A DNA stretch of 64,000 nt, taken from NCBI GenBank assembly GCA_043228905.1, contig JBHGNT010000009.1, forward strand, positions 4,836,001-4,900,000. Direction: 5' to 3'. Shown here piece after piece: positions 60,201 through 64,000 of the stretch (within the stretch, counting starts at the first letter, position 1; every line of letters starts with the position of its first letter). The notes beneath the pieces are model-generated. The model saw nothing but the letters and a program-made list of their open reading frames with translations, had not been told where the DNA came from and did no database searches. Made by a program: the position numbers and the translations under genes. This stretch comes from Azolla caroliniana. Its lineage: Eukaryota > Plantae > Polypodiophyta.

Positions 60201-61450
60201 GGAGACAAAAATTTGCAGTATGTAACTACAGCAGATCATTATGAACTCATCCAGTGGGATTGTTGTTCAAGGATGGAGATGACATCTTACCACTACGGAG
60301 ATACATTTGAATGTACAGAGCAGACTCCCGTGAGTCCGTAGATACTAAGGGGAGCTAGTACATCACAGACCACCCAACAAAGCATGGCGACGCATATCGA
60401 AGAACATGCTAATGGTCAAAACTGTTAGCAACAAGAATATTGAAGGAAATAAGCAAAATGCATGATAGGCAATGCTAATCTATCTAAACAACAGAAAGTT
60501 TTTCCTAAACCTTTATCCAGGAAGTTTGGGTAAAAATGATGCACACACTCGTGAATGCTTTGGTCAGTGAGCATGTTCATAATAAGTGTAAGATTATTTC
60601 TGATTCCCCACCACAGCACAATAACCAAATTATCTTTCTCTTTCGAAGATTCAACCCAATGGGAAGTACAACCAATAAGTATCATCATAGGAATAACCTT
60701 TGCTTAAGTGAAAACAACTTCATATACCCGTAAGACAAGACTACCATACTATGGAAACGCTTGACGTCATACACCCACAACCGAAGGTATGCAGAGACGC
60801 TTTATCACATCTTAAACCAACCACCAATACCACACCCCGTGAACTTCCTACTCTGCTCTTAAATGCCATCATGGTTGATCCATCAATTGTGTGCATCTTA
60901 TATTTGATCATGAAACTCTGTTCCTTTTATTGTGGACCTCTTTAACCACATCTTGCCTGAAGGTTTTACAAGACTGGGAGATGACCATTATAGTACCTGG
61001 CTCCAACAGCTACTGGCACCTAGATAGGGTACCCAGGCAGGAGATATGGCAGACTTACGTTCAAGAGACTTAGATTAACCAACAAAAGCCATTGCCACCT
61101 AAGGTCTAGTACAAAATGAATTTTCATAACATCTCTGCCTAGGTCTTTATTAGTGACCTCCATACACAAATGTTTAAACACCACATCATGCTACATTGAG
61201 ATCTGTTATACAGACAAAGGATCTACGGAGGAGCAGATGGGCAGATTCTGCCATGTACAAGTAGATACAAGGAGCGCTCTGTTTTTATATGTACTGTATA
61301 TGAGGATATCAGAGATATAAATATGACAATGCGGTATCTCAGGCTAGTGACCATTCTTGGGCAAGCACTCTTTTTTTGAGCATTTATTTTTGAGAGATTC
61401 AAAGACATATTTCAGTGACTCAGCCAATGTGAACAAGCTCAAGTGCCCTA
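57300..61450 (-). mobile_element. highly degraded L1-like LINE remnants
   Basis: Scattered motif-like peptides on the minus strand (TSLIPK ~57590; VIEDLN ~58600 resembling GDFN) and similarity of 60485-60625 to 49130-49440; no continuous ORF. Confidence 0.4.
58913..59080. repeat. ~88-bp tandem duplication
   Basis: atttgatcattt..tagattcaaggattatcaaagaatattcaaagcta..caagct.ctgcaagcct x2. Confidence 0.85.
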
Positions 61451-62129
61451 AAATCACATTCTATAATAGAATATATCTTGCTCCTTCAAACACAAAAACC
61501 TAGGTTGTGTTTCTTTCCTCTTGTTTTGTGTTTTCTCTACAGTTAAGACATTTTCTTTCTCCTGTCACTCATGCTCCAAGTCTACAATTACACGTAACTG
61601 GTACCAAACCAAACCTCTTGGCCTGCTTTCAAATTATATGAAATCAAGGTTATCTCTCACTACATAAGTGCTGCAAACAAAAGAGTGTTGCTGCTCATTC
61701 AGTTCTCCAACCACTTATTCCCCTTTACTGGGGTAGCTTTATTGCACGGAATGGATTGCATAACTACCTGATGTTTGCGAGTTTTCCAATGCAGAAAATT
61801 TTACAGTAGTATATTCAGATCCAGTCCAAGATTTTCTATATATTACCCTTTACCCTCTCAAGTGGTTATTCAGATTTCTGGAATTTATCTTTAGAAATGA
61901 AATGCCTTAACTTCAGAGTTTATTTTAGGCTGAGAATGGTCAATGCCAAAACCAATCATAAATAATTGTACGAGATTGGAAGATTGAATGACACAAGCTT
62001 GGATTGTCAAAGTAGGAATGCACAGCATCTAATAGCTCCAACCTTACATGTGATGGGGTTAAAGTCTCTATAATGACTGAAGAGATAAGAGGAAAGAGTA
62101 TAGTGAGACTGGAGGCACAGCACAAAGTC

Positions 62130-63800
62130 TAATGAAGAACAACGAAACATGAGCAATAAAAGCAAAATATGATATTACATGCTACCATTGCGGTAGGAAA
62201 GGCGATAAGAAGTCTGGTTGCAAGTATTTTAAGAAACAAATTGAATGTAGGAAGAATGCCAATGACAATGATGCAAAACAAACCATTTCTAAAGATAAAA
62301 ATAGGCGATGAGAAGGCCAACTTGATCTCAAATGTGGTCATTGAAGAGTGCACTTAATGTAAAGCAAAATCTGTGCACATTGCCTTCAAATGATGCTTCC
62401 ACTCTCCATATGTAAGTTATGCTATTGATGCATTACTTACTGTTAGCGATACACTGAATTAGACTTGGTTTGTAGACTATTCCACGTGACTCCTAGGATG
62501 TGTTTCGTCACTTCTCATGTAAGAAATTATAGTGAAGTTTATTTGGGCAAGATTGCAGTATTGATTGTACAGGCATGGTGCATTTGGTTCTCAATGATGC
62601 CAAGAGTCTAGAGTCTGTTGGTCAAATGGATGACTTTGAGAGTAGATCATGAAAATTAACAAAGGTTCTAGATTAGGTATCAAGGGCACAAAGATAAGCA
62701 CTCTGTATTGCAGCAATTGTTGTAGAGGTTTGACTGTCACTTGGCGCTTTAACAAAAAGTTGGACCATATGAACCAAAAAGGATTAGATATCCTCCCTTA
62801 CAGACACTTAATGACAAGGGCATGACAGATGATTTTTGTCATGATTATCAATGTGAAAAACAAGGGAGGATTTCCTGTTACTTTTGGATCTTGTCCATTT
62901 TGATATTCATAGCATGCCAACTAAATCTATGGCGGTTCTTCATATTTTATTTGCTGATGATTGTTCAAGGAGAATTTGAGTTTATTTCTGAAAGGCAAAG
63001 ATGAAACCTTGGCTGTGTTTTAAGTTTTTTCATGTTTTTGTGACCACCTAAACAGGCGGAAAGCTAAATTGCCTGCATACAAAAGGGGCCGAGTTTTATG
63101 CATTGAATCCAGAAGATTATGGGAGTAGATTATGGGAGTAGCATGGCATAGAGAGGAAGGTAATAGCACCATATGATCCTTCTTCTAATGGCTTGGCTGA
63201 AACATGTTATAGGACACTATGTGAGTATGCCATGAATGCTATTTATAGCTAATCTCCCTTGTGGCTTTCGGAGAGAGGCTATTTGAACTGCAGTACATAT
63301 ATGCAGTAGATCCCCAAACACAATGTTGAAAAGTGGCATCCCTGAGAGCTTTTGTTTCCGCAAACTAGCCACAGATGACCATCTACACATCTTTGGTTTG
63401 ACGCACTTGTGCACATTAGATATGAGCTCAGGAATAAAGTTGAAGTTTGGTGAGTCCATTAAGGGCATCTTCCATTGGCGTGGTAAGGAAAATGAAATGG
63501 GTTACAGCATAAGGCTACCTCAGTTCAAAAATGTGGAATGCAGCCTGTAAGTCTTTAATTAGGCTAAGTTGCTTGATTTGTTGTGCCTCTAAGAAACATA
63601 GCAAAAATGCTAGATTTCAGCCACTGGTGATGATAATGTGCCTCAAGTGGAATTTCAAAGGACTGAAAATTCTCACGAATCCGTGGTGATGATAGGCAGC
63701 CATTCCATGCACCTATAAATCATGAGCAGCCAATGAATAAGGTTGAACATAAGGCTATAAATAGACAATCACTTAATAATGAAGATATTCTTGCCACTCT
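62130..63800 (+). mobile_element. highly degraded Ty1/copia remnant
   Basis: CYHCGRKGDKKSGC knuckle (~62180), TWFVD (~62465), integrase remnants APYDPSSNGLAE (~63170) and DHLHIFG (~63380). Confidence 0.7.
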
Positions 63801-64000
63801 TAATGTAGATCCCATGCCTGACAATAGCAATGGGCATGGTTTTGGCTCAAACTGAACCGAACTGTTAAGCTATGGTTTAACGGTTTATTGGTTCCAAAAA
63901 AATTAATGGTTTGGTTTGGTTTGGATTTTTGATAAACTGTTCGGTTTGATTCTAAACCTCGGGTTTATAGATTTATAGGTTTATAGGTTTAAATGATTTG

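Overview
Eukaryotic land-plant nuclear DNA (spliceosomal GT-AG genes, microsatellites, TE-filled introns). A fern or other non-seed plant is plausible but is inference only. 1-16.1 kb is a four-level nest of LTR retrotransposons. An old Ty3/gypsy (11.8-16.1 kb) is interrupted by a Tnt1-like copia, which is interrupted by a second copia. That copia holds a near-intact, GC-rich, tRNA-Trp-primed Ty3/gypsy-like element and a related solo LTR. Three intact host genes follow on the + strand: ORC1 (16 coding exons, 880 aa, tandem E2F sites upstream), homocysteine S-methyltransferase (7 exons, 338 aa, 4.3 and 6.2 kb TE-filled introns) and root-type ferredoxin-NADP+ reductase (5 exons, 380 aa). Around them lie three partial HMT duplicates (one inverted, with an expanded minisatellite), a deleted PRP22/DHX8 helicase fragment, two RING-H2 pseudogene pieces, RTE-X-like and L1-like LINE remnants, hAT-type MITEs and more copia debris. 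The most notable signals are a candidate -1 ribosomal frameshift cassette (GGAUUUU, stop, stem) after the protease of the Trp-primed element, and a CT-repeat-associated LINE with a ~120-aa C-terminal extension. All calls were made by eye; no database searches were run.
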